This document shows positions 27,417 to 40,429 of a DNA stretch of 64,000 nucleotides, piece after piece. This stretch comes from the human T2T-CHM13v2.0 reference genome, Homo sapiens. The stretch lies in assembly GCF_009914755.1 (NCBI RefSeq), contig NC_060947.1. The stretch is one strand, 5' to 3'. The notes under the pieces were generated by a model. The model ran no database searches and was not told where the DNA came from. It saw nothing but the letters and a program-made list of their open reading frames with translations. The position numbers were made by a program, and so were the translations under genes. The number at the start of each line of letters is the position of its first letter. Position 1 is the first letter of the stretch.

Positions 27417-28095
27417 TGCTATGGTTTGAACATTTACGTGCCTTTCAAAGTTTATGTTGGAAGTTAATTCCCAATGCAACAATATGAAGTTATCCGGTCT
27501 TCAGAAGGTGACTGGGTCATGAGGGCTTCACTCTCATGAATGAATTAGTGCTCTTATAAAAGGCCTAGTGGGGGCAGGTGCGGTGGCTCACACATGTAAT
27601 CCCAGCACTTTGGGAGGCTTAGGTGGGTGGATCACTTGAGGTCAGGAGTTCGAGGCCAGCCTGGCCAACATGATGAAACCCTGTCTTTACTAAAAATGCA
27701 AAAATTAGCCAGGTGTGGTGGCACACGCCTGTAGTCTCAGCTACTCAGGAGGCCGAGGTAGAAGAATCACTTGAACCCGGGAGGCAGAGGTTGCAGTGAG
27801 CCAAGATCATGCCACTGCACTCCCACCTGGGTGACAGAGTGAGACTGTGTCTCAACAACAACAACAAAAAAGGCCTGGGGGAAAATAGCTAGGTCCCTTT
27901 TGCCTTCTTGCCTTCAGCCATGTGAGGATGCAATAAGGCACCATCTTGGAGCAGAGAGCAGCACTCACCAGACACCAAATCTGCTGGCACTTAGACCTTT
28001 GACTTCCTAGTCACTAGAACTGTAATAAGTTTCTGCTGTTTATAAACTACCTACTCACAGGTATTTTGTTATAACAGCACCAGTGGACTAAGACA
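27417..28095 (+). mobile_element. MSTD-like solo LTR interrupted by AluSx
   Basis: tgctatggtttgaa...ggactaagaca termini. Confidence 0.8.
27572..27870 (+). mobile_element. AluSx
   Basis: gatcacttgaggtcaggagttcgag; degenerate TSD aaaaggcctagtgg / aaaaggcctggggg. Confidence 0.92.
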
Positions 28096-28145
28096 TTACC
28101 CATATTTCTGAACACAAGTCAAATGTCACATCTGAAAAAATATCC

Positions 28146-29061
28146 TTGAGCAGTGGTTTGTAGTCCTCCTTGAAGAAGTCCTTCACTTCCCTTGTTCGAT
28201 GTATTCCTAAGAATTTTATTCTTTCAGTAGCAATTTGCAATGAGAGTTAATTCATGATTTGGCTCTCTGCTTCCCTGTGGTTGGTGTGTAAGAATGCTAG
28301 CAGTTTTTGCACATTGACTTTGTATCCAGAGACTTTGCTGAAGTTGCTTATCAGCTTAAGAAGCTTTTGTGCTGACTTTATATCTTTCTCTTGCCTGATT
28401 GCCCTGGCCAGAACTACCAATACTATATTGAATAGGAGTGGTGAGAGAGGGCATCCTTGTCTTGTGCTGGTTTTCAAGGGGAATGCTTCCAGCTTTTGCT
28501 CATTCAGTATGGTATTGGCTGTGGGTTTGTCATAGATGTCTCTTATTATTGTGAGTTTTGTTCCTTTAGTACCTAGTTTATTGAGAGTGTTTAAAATGAA
28601 GAATGTTCAATTTTATCACAAGTCTTTTCTGCATCTCTTGAGATAATCATGTGGTTTTTGTCTTTAGTTCTGTTTATGTGATTAATCACATTTATTGATT
28701 TGCATATGTTGAACCAGCCTTAAAACCCAGGAATGAAATCAGCTTGATCATGGTGGGTAAGCTTTTTGATGTGCTGCTGGATTCAGTTTGCTAGTATTTT
28801 ATTGAGGATTTCGCCATCAATGTTTTCGAAGATACTTGACTGAAGGTTTCTGTTTTTGTTGTATCTCTGCCAGGTTTTGGTATCAGGATGATGCTGGCCT
28901 CATATAATAAGTTAGGGAGGAGTCCTTCCTTTTCAATTGTTTGGAATAGTTTCAGTTGAAATGGTACCAGCTCTTCTTTGTACATCTGGCAGAATTCAGC
29001 TGTGAATCCATGTAGTCCTGGGCTTTTTTTTTTTTTTTTTTTTTTTTTTTTGGTTGGTAGG
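28146..29061 (-). mobile_element. L1PA8-era ORF2 segment (probably the inverted 5' part of the L1 at 29586-30710)
   Basis: ORFs 28247..28477 ([15 protein letters not shown]) and 28791..28985 ([19 protein letters not shown]). Confidence 0.88.
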
Positions 29062-29585
29062 TGTATTAGTCCGTTCGCATGCTGCTATGAAGAAATAACC
29101 TGAGTCTGAGTTAATTATAAAAGAGGTTTAATTGACTCACAGTTCTTCATTGCTGGGGAGGCCTCAGGAAACTTACAATCATAGTGGAAGGCAAAGAAGA
29201 AGCAGGCACCTTCTACACAGAGCAGCAGGATGGAGTGAGTGCAAACAGGGGAAATACTAGATGCTTATAAAATCGTCAGATCTCATGAGACTCGCTCATT
29301 CTCATGAGAACAGCATGGTGGAAACTGCCCCCATGATACAATTACCTCCACCTGGTCCTCCCTTTGACACACAGGGATTATGCGGATTACAATTCAAGGT
29401 GAGATTTGGGTGGGGGCACAGAGCCAAACCATATAATTCCTCCCCGGCCCCTCCCAAATCTCATGTTCTCACATTTCAAAACCAATCATGCCTTCCCAAC
29501 AGTTCCTCAATGTCTTAACCCATTTCAGCATTAACCCAAAAGTCCACAGTTTAAAGTCTCATCTGAGACAAGGCAAGTCCCTTTC
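29062..29585 (-). mobile_element. THE1C LTR (29062-29437) plus ~150 bp of internal sequence, truncated
   Basis: gaagcaggcaccttc...attacctccacctggtc is THE1C-like; internal sequence ends at gagacaaggcaagtcccttt. Confidence 0.85.
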
Positions 29586-30710
29586 TTACAGCGTATACAA
29601 AAATTAACTCAAGATTGATTAAAAATTTACATGTAAAAACCAAAGCTATAAAAACCCCAAAGAAATTCTAGGCAATACCATTCAGGACATAGGCACAAGG
29701 AAATATTTCATGCCAAGAACACCAAAAGCAATTGCAACAAAAGCAAAAATTGACAAATAGGATCTAATTAAAGTAAAGAGCTTCTGCAAAGCAAAACGAA
29801 TTATTATTACGGCAAACAGACAACCTAGAGAACGGGAGAAAATGTTTGCAAGCTATCCATCTGACAAGGATCTAATCTCCAGAGTCTGCAGTGAACTTAA
29901 AGAGTTTACAAAAGAAAAACAAACCTTATTTAAAAGTGGAGGAGCTGCATGAAGAGACACTTCTCAAAAAAAGACATACATGTAGCCTACAAACATATGA
30001 AAAAAAGCTCAACATCAATGATCATTAGAGAAACGCAACTCAAAACCACAGTGAGATACCATCTCATGCCAGTCAGAATGGCTATCATTAAAAAGTCAAA
30101 GAACAACAGATACTGGCGAGGTTGTGGAGAAAAAGAAGTGCTTTTACACTGTTGGTGGGAGTGTAAATTATTTCAACTTTTGTGGAAGACGGAGTTGTGA
30201 TTCTTCAAGGGCCCAGAGACAGAAATACCATTTGACCTAGAAGTCCCATTACTGGGTATATACCCAAAGGAATATAAATCATTCTATTCTAAAGATCCAT
30301 GCACATATATGTTCATTGCAGCACTATTCACAATGGCAAAGATGTAGAATCAACCCAAATGCCTATCGATGATAGACTGGATAAAAAAAAATATGGTACA
30401 TATACACTATGTAACACTATTATGCGGGAACAGACAAACACACACCACATTTTCTCACTTATAAGGGGGAGCTGAATTATGAGAACACATTGACATATGG
30501 GTGGGGGGAACAACAGACACCGGGTCTTGTCAATGGGGGAGAGGAGGGAGAGCATCAGGAAGAAGAGCTAATGGATTCTGGGCTTAATATCTAGGTGATG
30601 GGTTGATCTGTGTAGCAAACCACCAAGGCACATGTTGACCTATGTAACAAACCTGCACTTCCTGCACCTGTACCACTGAACTTAAAATAAAAGTTAGGGG
30701 GAAAAAAAGA
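29586..30710 (+). mobile_element. L1PA8A-like 3' segment with A-rich tail
   Basis: ORF 29949..30200 is the ORF2 C-terminus; 3' UTR gagagcatcaggaagaagagctaatgga...cttaaaataaaagtt. Confidence 0.88.
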
Positions 30711-30721
30711 GAAAATATTCC

Positions 30722-30950
30722 TATAGTCAGAACAAATAATTGTTTTCTCTATCCTTCTACAGAACATTGTATGCTAATTATAACACTTACTGCATTCTAC
30801 TTTATGTCATCCTTGTTTATATCCCATGGGCTCCACTTCTAGTCAGCAGTTCCTTGAGGGAATGGACTAAGCTTTACGCCTTCCGAGATCCCTCAAAGTG
30901 TTTGGTAAATAGTGAATGCTCAATAAACTATATGTTGAATAAAGAATAAA
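30722..30950 (+). mobile_element. L2 3' end (host of the L1; upstream piece at 28097-28145)
   Basis: gttccttgaggg...gctcaataaactatatgttgaataaagaataaa. Confidence 0.7.
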
Positions 30951-32427
30951 TAGTTGCTCCTATGTGGTCCAGGCCCTCTTAGGAATTTTCATATTGTTTT
31001 TTGAATATTGCTTTTTCCTCTCACCCTTATCTACTTTTAGCTTTTGATTCTTAAAAAAGAAGAAAAAAAAAGTAGATCAGGTTAGAATTTAGCTGGGAAA
31101 GCAGTCAGGTAATATTATTTTGATGTTTAAATATAAAGGAAAGGACCTAAACCAAGGAGCAGGTAAGACCAGCATCCCTGGGGATTCTGAGGCCCTGCTA
31201 CAGGAGGGAGACAACACGGGGCTTCTTTCTCATGTATATCTGATCTGAGGATTGGAGAGACTATAGATAATAAAGCAGTATAACACTGGGAATTATGACT
31301 CAGGTACTCAGATATTCAGCCAAGTTGCCGACATTTGTTAAAAAGGAAATAGATGGAAACAGGGCATAGAGGCTTGTGCTTGCTTTAATTATGTAAAAAG
31401 GTATTATTTTTCTTTTTAACAGCCAAGATACTGCATTCAAATATGTGACCTTGCAAGGAAAAAGTGGACCACTTTTTACTTCATTTCTTTTTCTTTTTTC
31501 TGAACTTATGCAGATATACTTTTTGAGGGTGAGGAGTCAGGTGGCAGATGGTAAGGTGGAGCAGAGCAATATGGCATAGTAAGAAAGAAGATGAAAAGCC
31601 AAACATCCTAGATTTTGGAGCCAGAAAACTGACCACTTTTACCTAACTGGACAGAAACATACCTTTAGAAAATAAGCTGAGTCAGTGGCAAAGCTTTATG
31701 CCAACAATAATTAATATTAGCCCTAACGAAGGGTGTTGACATGTGAGCACACCCAGGACTATAATATTCTGCATAATATTTTCTTGGAGACATTCTGTAT
31801 ACAGTGGGCACTTGTCCTAAAGCCTGATTTGGATTATAGACTTGTATGCCAGATCCAATAATAAGATGAATGATTAACACTGAAACTTGATCTCTGAGTT
31901 TCTTATTAAATACATTGGTATAGAAACCTCACAAGTAGCTTCCCAAAGAGCTTCTTTCTAAATTAAATACATAACTTTGATCTTTTCATTTAAGTCAATT
32001 GGATAGTCAATTAAAAGTAATTTTATCTATATGCATGATTACTATTTCTATGAAAGTAATGATAATTTGAATTATATTGAGTCATAATTTAACCTCAAAG
32101 TAAGGCTTTGAACTTTCTAGAGAAATTTCTAATTCAAAATTTCCACATTAAGGCTAATTATATATAATTTCATAGAAATTGTTTTAATTTAACTTGTGCG
32201 TATACTTTCAGCACCTTCTAAACTCCTTCAAATATATTTTAAAAAATAATTTAGAGAATCTGAAGCAAGTTTCACAAATTACAGTCAGCCAGATGTCTCT
32301 ATTCAGTGTGGAAAGCAAGCATTCAGGCTGGCACTTCTACTTTCTGAGTTTTAGCTTCAGAGCTATTGCACTGGACTTCAGTGTCCTTTCTTGCTCCCAG
32401 GTCCATTTTTACTATCTTAATTCCTTA

Positions 32428-32863
32428 TAAATTTATTTTTATTGATACATAATATTTTACATATGCATGGGGTACATGTGATATTTTGTTACATGTATAG
32501 ACTGCTTAATAATCAAATCAAGGTATTGGGGGTGTTGATCACCTCGAGTATTTATCATTTCTATGTGTTAGGTACATCTCATGTCTTCTCTTCTGGCTAT
32601 TTTCAAATATATAATAAATTGTTGTTAACTAAAGTCATTCTACTGTGCTAAAGACACTGGAACTTATTCCTTCTCTCTAACTGTATGTTAGCACCCATTG
32701 ACCAACCTCTACTTTTCCTCCCTCCCACCCACATCCCCTTCCCAATCCCTGGCATCTATCATTCTACTCTCTACCTTTATGAGATCACTTTTTTTTTTTT
32801 TTAGCACCCACATGCAAGTGAGATCATGTGACATTTGCATTTCTGGGTCTGGCTTATTTCACT
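32428..32863 (-). mobile_element. L1MA3/L1MA4-like 3' end
   Basis: ttgatacataatattttac...gtctggcttatttcact; degenerate TSD actatcttaattc / actgccttaattc. Confidence 0.8.
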
Positions 32864-32874
32864 GCCTTAATTCT

Positions 32875-33597
32875 TGTCATGGGTTGAATCATTTCCCTGC
32901 CAAAGATGTTGTACTCCTAATTTCCAATACCTGTAAATGTGAACTTATTTGGAAATAGGGTCTTTGCAAATGTAATCTAGTTAAACAAGGTCTTCAGTGT
33001 GGGCCCTAATACGGTAAGACTGTGTTCTCATAAAAAGGGATATTTTGGATTGGGCGAGGTGGCTCACGTCTGTAATCCCAGCACTTGGGGAATTCAAGGC
33101 AGGTAGATCACAAGGTCAGGAGATCGATACCAGCCTGGCCAACACGGTGAAACCCCATCTCTACTAAAAATACAAAAATATTAGCTGGGCGTGGTGGTAT
33201 GCGCCTGTAGTCTCAGCTACTCCCAGCTACTCAGGAGGCTGAGTCAGGACAGTCGCTTGAACCCGGGAGGCGGAGGTTGTGGTGAGCCGAGATCGCGCCA
33301 CTGCACTCCATCCTGGGCGACAGAGCAAGACACCATCTCAAAAAAAAAAAAATAGGATATTTGGACAGGGATAGACATGTACAGAGGGAAGACAATGTGA
33401 AGACACAGGGAGAAGACAGCCATCTACAAGTCAAGGAGAGAGGCTTGGAATGCATCCTTTCCTCACAGCCTTCCAATGAACCAACCCTGATGACACCTCC
33501 ATTTTAGACTTCTAGACTCCAGAACTGAAATATTTTTTGTTGTTTAAGTCAGGCAGTTTGTGATACTTTGTTAAGATAGCATGAGGAAACTGCTATA
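32875..33597 (+). mobile_element. MLT1B solo LTR interrupted by AluS
   Basis: tgtcatgggttgaat...ttatttggaaatagggtctttgc...gaagacacagggagaagacagccatctacaag. Confidence 0.85.
33048..33352 (+). mobile_element. AluS (Sc/Sg-like)
   Basis: Full dimer with A-tail; TSD approximately ggatatt(t)tgga; small internal cagctactc duplication. Confidence 0.92.
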
Positions 33598-33799
33598 ATT
33601 GTAATTTAATTTCCCTAGGAAAAACATGAAAAGAGTGGGGGCATATGCCTTCTATAGCCAAAGTGCTCTTAAATGAGCCCTGAGCTAGCTTGGATAAGTC
33701 ATCCTGCCTTTTAACAAATTGGAACCTGCTTTAGAATACACACAGAAACATATATTTGAATACACACACACATATATATATTCATACATTTATTAATTT

Positions 33800-34025
33800 A
33801 TATATTATATTTCTTTCATCACAACCTAATGTCATATGCTATTCATTATTTCTTTGCTTTTGACTATGAGGTACATATTACATTACTGTAACCTACAGGT
33901 GAAGATCTCAGTGATCAGAGAAATTTTGTCACATGTCTAAGATTACAAAGAAAACAGGTGAGAGAGTTATAATCTGACCTTCATTTAGTCTGACTCCACT
34001 GTCCAGAGCCTTAATTACTAAGTTA
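33800..34025 (-). mobile_element. MIR SINE
   Basis: acaggtgaaga...agtctgactcca...agagccttaattacta. Confidence 0.55.
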
Positions 34026-35109
34026 CATTAGCTTGAAAAGGAAGAGGGAGAAGAAAGCCATATATGATTCTACATAAGAAATGTGACTACAGGATATAAT
34101 AAAAGTATTGTTTGTGGAAAATTATTGAAGAAAAACACAATTGAGTTGGACTAGAACATAGTGTAGAGTAGAAGGTAATATATGATGGGAATAGAAGATT
34201 AGGCTAGATCTATATTGTGGACGCCCTTGAATGTGAAACTGAGAACTTAAAAACAAACTTATGGATAGTATTAATCAACTTTGTTTTCACATCTCTTATT
34301 TCTGTATTTCTCAGTGAAATATCTGTAAGAAACCCCATTGCTTTTGACATTTGCAACAAAATATCACAGTCAACTAAATCCTAGCCCATTCCAACACTGG
34401 ATACTCACCTGTCTTACATATTGTGTTTGAGAATGACATGAAACTAAATAATCCAGCAGAGTTAAAAAGCTGTGTACAGGCAGGGAGTGAACCCAAGGCA
34501 GTTTCTAGGATCTCTCACTGTGTCTTTTAAGCTAAACTCTAGTTAATCCCAGAATGCAACACGTCCCAAAGTCTAAAGCAATTCTGATTTGCTTGATAAT
34601 CACCCTATGTTTTGGTTTTACATACCAGTTTCTTTTCATATCTATCCAATTTTTTTGTTAAAATACAGTGCTGTAAAGTCTACTATATTTCATTATACAG
34701 TGTATATTTGAAAACAATTAAAATTATTCTTAACAACAATAGTATGTCTATTTATATCAAGGCTATAGATCTAAACCCCAATGTACATTTTGATTTTTGT
34801 GAATGAACGCACCTTCGGTAGGGATACAGGGATGCCCTTACCAAGCTGTTTATCTCTCTGATATATTTATAATACAGTTACTCATATTACATATGCATAT
34901 AACTATATCTATATCTGATTAACATATCTGCCTCCACAAATATATATTTGAAATGTAGATTACTTATGCCATTTAAAAACATGCTGCTATATATAATTCA
35001 TTGCCATCTGTTCCTCTGGTTTCTCTTTTATACTCTAAAAATTCCCAGAAAATTATGAAAATCTGCAAGGATTTCTGAAGTCCTATATGTGTTAAATTGT
35101 AGCATTTAC

Positions 35110-35330
35110 ATACTGGATTACATTAGGAGACCCAAAACAGAGCACTGGGTTAGGAAGAAGAGTACTAGGAAATTCTTGGTGACCTATGACTTTAGACAAA
35201 ATGCTTTAGTACCTCTGAACCTCAGTTTTCTCATCTTTAAAATTAAAATAATAAGCTTCACATCCCTGTGAGTTAGGATGATTTTATTTTATCAAAAGTG
35301 ATAATTATGAGAAATGTTTAAACTTTCAAA
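35110..35330 (+). mobile_element. MIR SINE
   Basis: acctctgaacctcagttttctcatctttaaaat. Confidence 0.6.
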
Positions 35331-35693
35331 ATATGAAATAATTGCAAGTAATTATTAACATGCCTAGATAACAAAACAAAATAAATAATAGCAATTTCAG
35401 ACTAATTGGAAAGGAAGAAGTAAAAGCCTTCTTCCAGTGGCTCATTAAAAAAATGAGAGATGGTCAAGTGACTGTTACTCAATGCCTGGAGATATACTTT
35501 GGTTAAGTTCACTAAATATTTGCTGATAATATACTATCTATTAATATGTTAAATCCCTGCAGCATGCCAAACATCAGTCTAGGTGCTGAGAAAAAGCAGT
35601 GAACAAATCAAAGACCCATTGCCTCATGTAGTATCTGGATGGATGAGGTAGAGGGAAACAGAAAATAATTAACATAAACAATAGATAAGTTAA

Positions 35694-35884
35694 CCATATA
35701 TTATTGCCTCTAAGATGTTATTAATTGTAAAGAACACCATGGTTTTATGTACCACTAAAAACAAACAAAAAAAAAGGCATTGATAAATACATATGACAGG
35801 CCATTGATTGCAAAATTCATTCCAATTTCAGAGACGATACCATGTGAAAAAACAGCATTGCATCTTGGGATCAATGAACTATAG
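35694..35884. mobile_element. MER104 (TcMar-Tc2) DNA transposon
   Basis: ctaagatg...ttttatgtaccactaa...atttcagaga...tgcatcttgggatcaatgaactatag. Confidence 0.65.
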
Positions 35885-35983
35885 TAGAAAATCATTAGGT
35901 CATCAGTTATAAGAAAAGAAAAAAGGAGGGGAAAGTGGAATCTGGGTTAGGTGGTTTTGTTGCAGCATTAAATAGGCTGGTCA

Positions 35984-36425
35984 TTTTATTAGTGTCTTAG
36001 GGCTGCCATAACAAATTACCACAAACTGGTGGCTTAAACCAATGTATTCTCTCATGGATCTGGATGCCAGAAGTCCAAAATCAAGGTGTGAGTAGAACAG
36101 TGTTTTACTAAGGACTCTAGGGAAGAATCCTTCCTTGCCTCTCCTTAGCTTGCGGTGGCTCAAAGCAATCCTTGTTGTTGTTTGGCTTGCAGTAGCATCA
36201 ACTCCAATCTCAGTCTCTGTCTTCACATGACCTTCTTCTCTCCGTGTCTCTGTGTATTCTCTCCTCTTGTTATAAGATTACCAGTCATTGGATATAAGGT
36301 CCTCTCTCATCCAGTATGGCATTATCTTAACTTATGACATCAGTGAAGAGCCTATTTCCAAATATGTTTACATTTTGAGGCTCCTGGAAAATATGAATTT
36401 TGGAGGAACATCGTTAAATCCACCT
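35984..36425 (-). mobile_element. MLT1C-like solo LTR
   Basis: agggctgccataacaaattaccacaaactggtggcttaaa...gaatccttccttgcctct. Confidence 0.8.
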
Positions 36426-37688
36426 TTTTTATGTTATGAAAGCATGAATCTAGTAAGCTGACAAAAGCAAAGTTAAGAGAGATGAAATAAAGCTCGGATC
36501 ATGTCACATCTTTAGTACCTAGTGTTTGTCAGGCCTAGCTAAATCCTTATCCTCTCCATGGATTGAATGTCTGAAAGTTTCTTAAATTTTTGAGCCAACA
36601 AATTCTTATTTTTATTAAAGCCAATTTTAAACCAAAGTGTATCTATATCAAGAAACTCACAGTAGTTTCATATGGGTGAAATATGAATTATGAAACAGTA
36701 AATGGCAATGATTCTGGAGATATGGGCATCAGCCGATTCATGAAGTGCCTAATGTGCCATGTTAAGAATATTAGACTTTGTCTTTTGAGTAATAGGGGTC
36801 CATTAAATGGTTTTAAATAAGAAGTCAAGGGTGATAGGACTGGAGTTACGTTTAGAAATATCACTCCGACTTTTGGATAAAGAGTAGATTGAGCATGGAG
36901 TGGTGGGGGTGGTGCGGGGAGGACTAGAATGATTTGGGCAGATGCTACAAATTATCCATCCTTCCCGAGACTATAGTCCTATCTGGACTCCTGCTTCCAA
37001 ACTTCCTTGCTGCTAACAACTATCTCTTTCTTCCCTTTCTGGAAAATGGCACTTGCTAAGATAATGACATTTTTATGGTCTGTAACATTACTAACATTTT
37101 ACCAATACCATTGTCTTTTGACTTGCTATGTTACTTAAATCTTTCTTTCAGCAATTCACTTAAAATCTACTTCCCAAGTATGTTTTTATTTCCAATGATA
37201 TATATAATTTCTCTTCCCAAGTGTCCACTTCCATTACTCATATGCAACAAAGATAATTATGTTTCATGTGTTAATCAAATCATGATCAGATTTCTTCTTG
37301 CTATGCTTTGCTCATCTAAATGGAAAACTTTGAGTCTATTTTTTTTATCACTACCAAGACCTCAGCTGCTTCCTCAGTGCAGGACAAAGGTCCCTTAAGG
37401 ATTACATTATTGAATATTTTATTTTTTGTCAGAAGCCTTTGGCTTCCTATGTAAATGATTATTTATAGTTTAATTAATAGTCGTAATGTAGTATCAAAAT
37501 AAATCTTGTATGTTGAAACAACTCTATTATGTCAAGTAGCTTTTAATTTATAGCTTTTGCACAATGAACTAATTAAACTAAATTTCTAAAAAAAGAATAA
37601 TAAAAATAATAATACAATTGAAAAAATGTGTTGAACACAAACCAGGCTCCAGTCACTCTACTAGTACATAGGAACACAGAATTTAATA

Positions 37689-38052
37689 CAATTGGGTGTT
37701 GCTTAATCACTGGGATATGTTCTGATAAATTAAGTGACTTTGTGTGAACATCATAGAGTGCAGTATACAAACCTAGATGGTATAGCCTATTATACACCTA
37801 GGCTATATGGTGTAGCCTATTACTCCTAGGCTACAAACCTATATAGCATGTTACTGTATTGAACACTGTAGAAACCTGTATAGCATGTGACTGTACTGAA
37901 CACTGCAGACAGTTATAACACAATGGTATTAGTGTATCTAAACATATCTAAAGATAGAAAAGACACAGTAAAAATAAGGGAAATAATTTTATGGAACCAC
38001 TGTCATATAGGTGGTCTGTTAACTGAAATGTTGTTATACAAAGGCGTGACTG
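37689..38052. mobile_element. Tigger3a (MER7/Golem) DNA transposon with an internal 37-bp tandem duplication
   Basis: gtgtgaacatcatagagtg...aaacctagatggtatagcct...ggcgtgactg terminus. Confidence 0.8.
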
Positions 38053-39081
38053 TGTGGCAAAACCTCACTCTTCTAATGTTCATCTATAATAAGGAAGAAC
38101 AATGCTTAACTATAATAAACTTGGTGAGTGATAAGGTATGATGGAGGCATACATATATATATATATATACACACACATATATGTATGTATATGTGTGTAT
38201 GTCTGTATATGTATATTTATTTCACTATGAAGAGAAAAGATGAATAAATCTGCTGAGAACTTAAAGGTGTATTCATTTGAACTGGGTCTTGAAATATGAG
38301 GAGAAGACTTATAGGTAGCTTGTGAGTTAAATATAAACTGTACTGAATAGCTAGAAATAATACTCAAGGGTAATGGATACAATTCCAACAAAGTCCACAA
38401 ACCCTAGTCAACAAGAGATTAAATATTTCTTAATTTGATTACAAATGATTTTGACATCAAGACTTTAGGCTATCACACAGGTGGAAATTTCATCTAAAGT
38501 CACTTTTGAGACTCTTCCCCCAGGGCAGTACAAAACTATAGAGAGAGTTATGTAGCTCTTCAGCATTTAAGAGGCTTCTTTTGTCATCAGTCATTGGTCA
38601 GAAAACCATTGTCCAAATTCATATGATTTTTGCAAGTCTAGTGGTTCTGTTCTCTTCAAACCATGGTTGGGGAAAAGGGAAGAATAATCAACATCAGAGC
38701 CATAGAGCTATTTCTTCTTAAAATATTGCCCTTTCTTTAAGGCACAACTAAAAGACAGAGCTCTAGGCCCTGTCACTCATGGGATATAAAGACTCTTTTT
38801 CTTTTTTATTCTAGAAGAATCTCTTTAGTCAGAGGGAAATAGCTTTCCCAAGTTTAGTCTTTTATTCCCTCTTCTCCCTATTAGACTCATGGAATATTTT
38901 CCTCAATAGGCTTCGTGTTTTGTGAGACAAAAGCCAAGAAAATAAGATTTTCTTGAGTATAAGTTATATTTTATGCTCAACTGTGTTATTCCTCCATGGC
39001 AAAACACACACACACATACACACACACGTGGCAAAAACCAGAATTTGGTATCTTTTTGAATACAAAAAAGGGAAAAGAAAA

Positions 39082-39130
39082 TATCTATCTATCTATCTAT
39101 CTATCTACCTATCTATCTATGTATCTACAT
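39082..39130. repeat. Imperfect (TCTA)n tetranucleotide repeat
   Basis: Read directly. Confidence 0.9.
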
Positions 39131-39134
39131 ATAT

Positions 39135-40425
39135 AGACAGATACTGAACACTGTAAAACATTGATAAAGGAAATTTGAAATGACTCAGATAAATGAAAAG
39201 GTCTCATGTTCATGAATTGGAAGAATAAATAGTGTTAAAATATCCATACTACCCAAAATGATATACTGATTTAATTGAATTCCTATCCAAATTCTAATGC
39301 TATTTTTCACAGAAATAGAAAAACTTTCTAAAATTTGTATATGACCACAAAATACGCTGAATAGTCAAAGCAATCTTAAGCTGAAAGAACAAAACTGGAA
39401 GCATCACACCCCCTGATTTTGAAATATATTATAAAGCTATTCCAAACAAGACAGCATGGTATTTGCCTAAAAACAGACATAACAACCTATGGAACAGAGT
39501 TGAAAGCCCAGAAATAAACACACACAACCGTCAATTGCTTTTTAACAAAAATGTCAAGGACATATATTGGGGAAAATACAGTCTCTTCAATAAATTATGT
39601 TGGGAAAACTGGATATTCACACACAGAAGAATGAAATTGGACCGACCTTTATCTCACACAATATACAAATATCAATGGAAAATGGATTGAATATTTCAAC
39701 ATAAAACAGGAAACTGTAAAACTACCAGAAAAAATATAAGGGAATGACTTCTTAGATAGGAACTCAAAAGTATAGGCTGCAAGAGCAGAAATAGACAAAT
39801 GGGATTGCATCAGTTTAGAAGTTTCTACACAGAAAAGGGTACATTCAAAAGAGTGAAAATACAACTTACAGACTGGGAGAAAATATGTGCCAACAATACA
39901 TCTGATAAGTTGCTAATATCCAAAATATATGAGAAACTCAATAAACAACTCAATAACAAGAAAATGGCCCAGTTATGAATTGAGTAAATGATTTGAAAAG
40001 GCATTTCTCAAAAGGATACATACAAATGGCCCACAGATTCATGAGAAAATGCTAAACATCTCTAATTATCAAGGAAATGCAAATTAAAACCACAATAAGA
40101 TACCACCTTACCCCGGTTAGAATGGCTATTATCAAAACAACTAGAGGTAACAAGTGTTAGCAGGGATGTAGAAAAAAGGGAACACTTGCAAACTGTTAGT
40201 TGGGAAGTAAATTGGTACAGTTGTTATGGAAAACAATATGGAGGCTTCTCAGAAGTTAAAAATCACTATATTTCCATATGATCCAGCAATCCAACTTCTG
40301 GGTAAATATCCAAAAAAAAGTGAAATCAGAAGAGCTATCTGCAGTCCCCTATTGATTGCAGCATTATTCACAGTAGCCAAAATATAGAAAGTATCTAAAT
40401 GACCATAAATTAAAGAATGGATGAA
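39135..40425 (+). mobile_element. L1MA/L1MB ORF2 3' fragment
   Basis: ORF 39463..39690 (WNRVESPEIN...SLFNKLCWENW). Confidence 0.8.
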
Positions 40426-40429
40426 GGTT

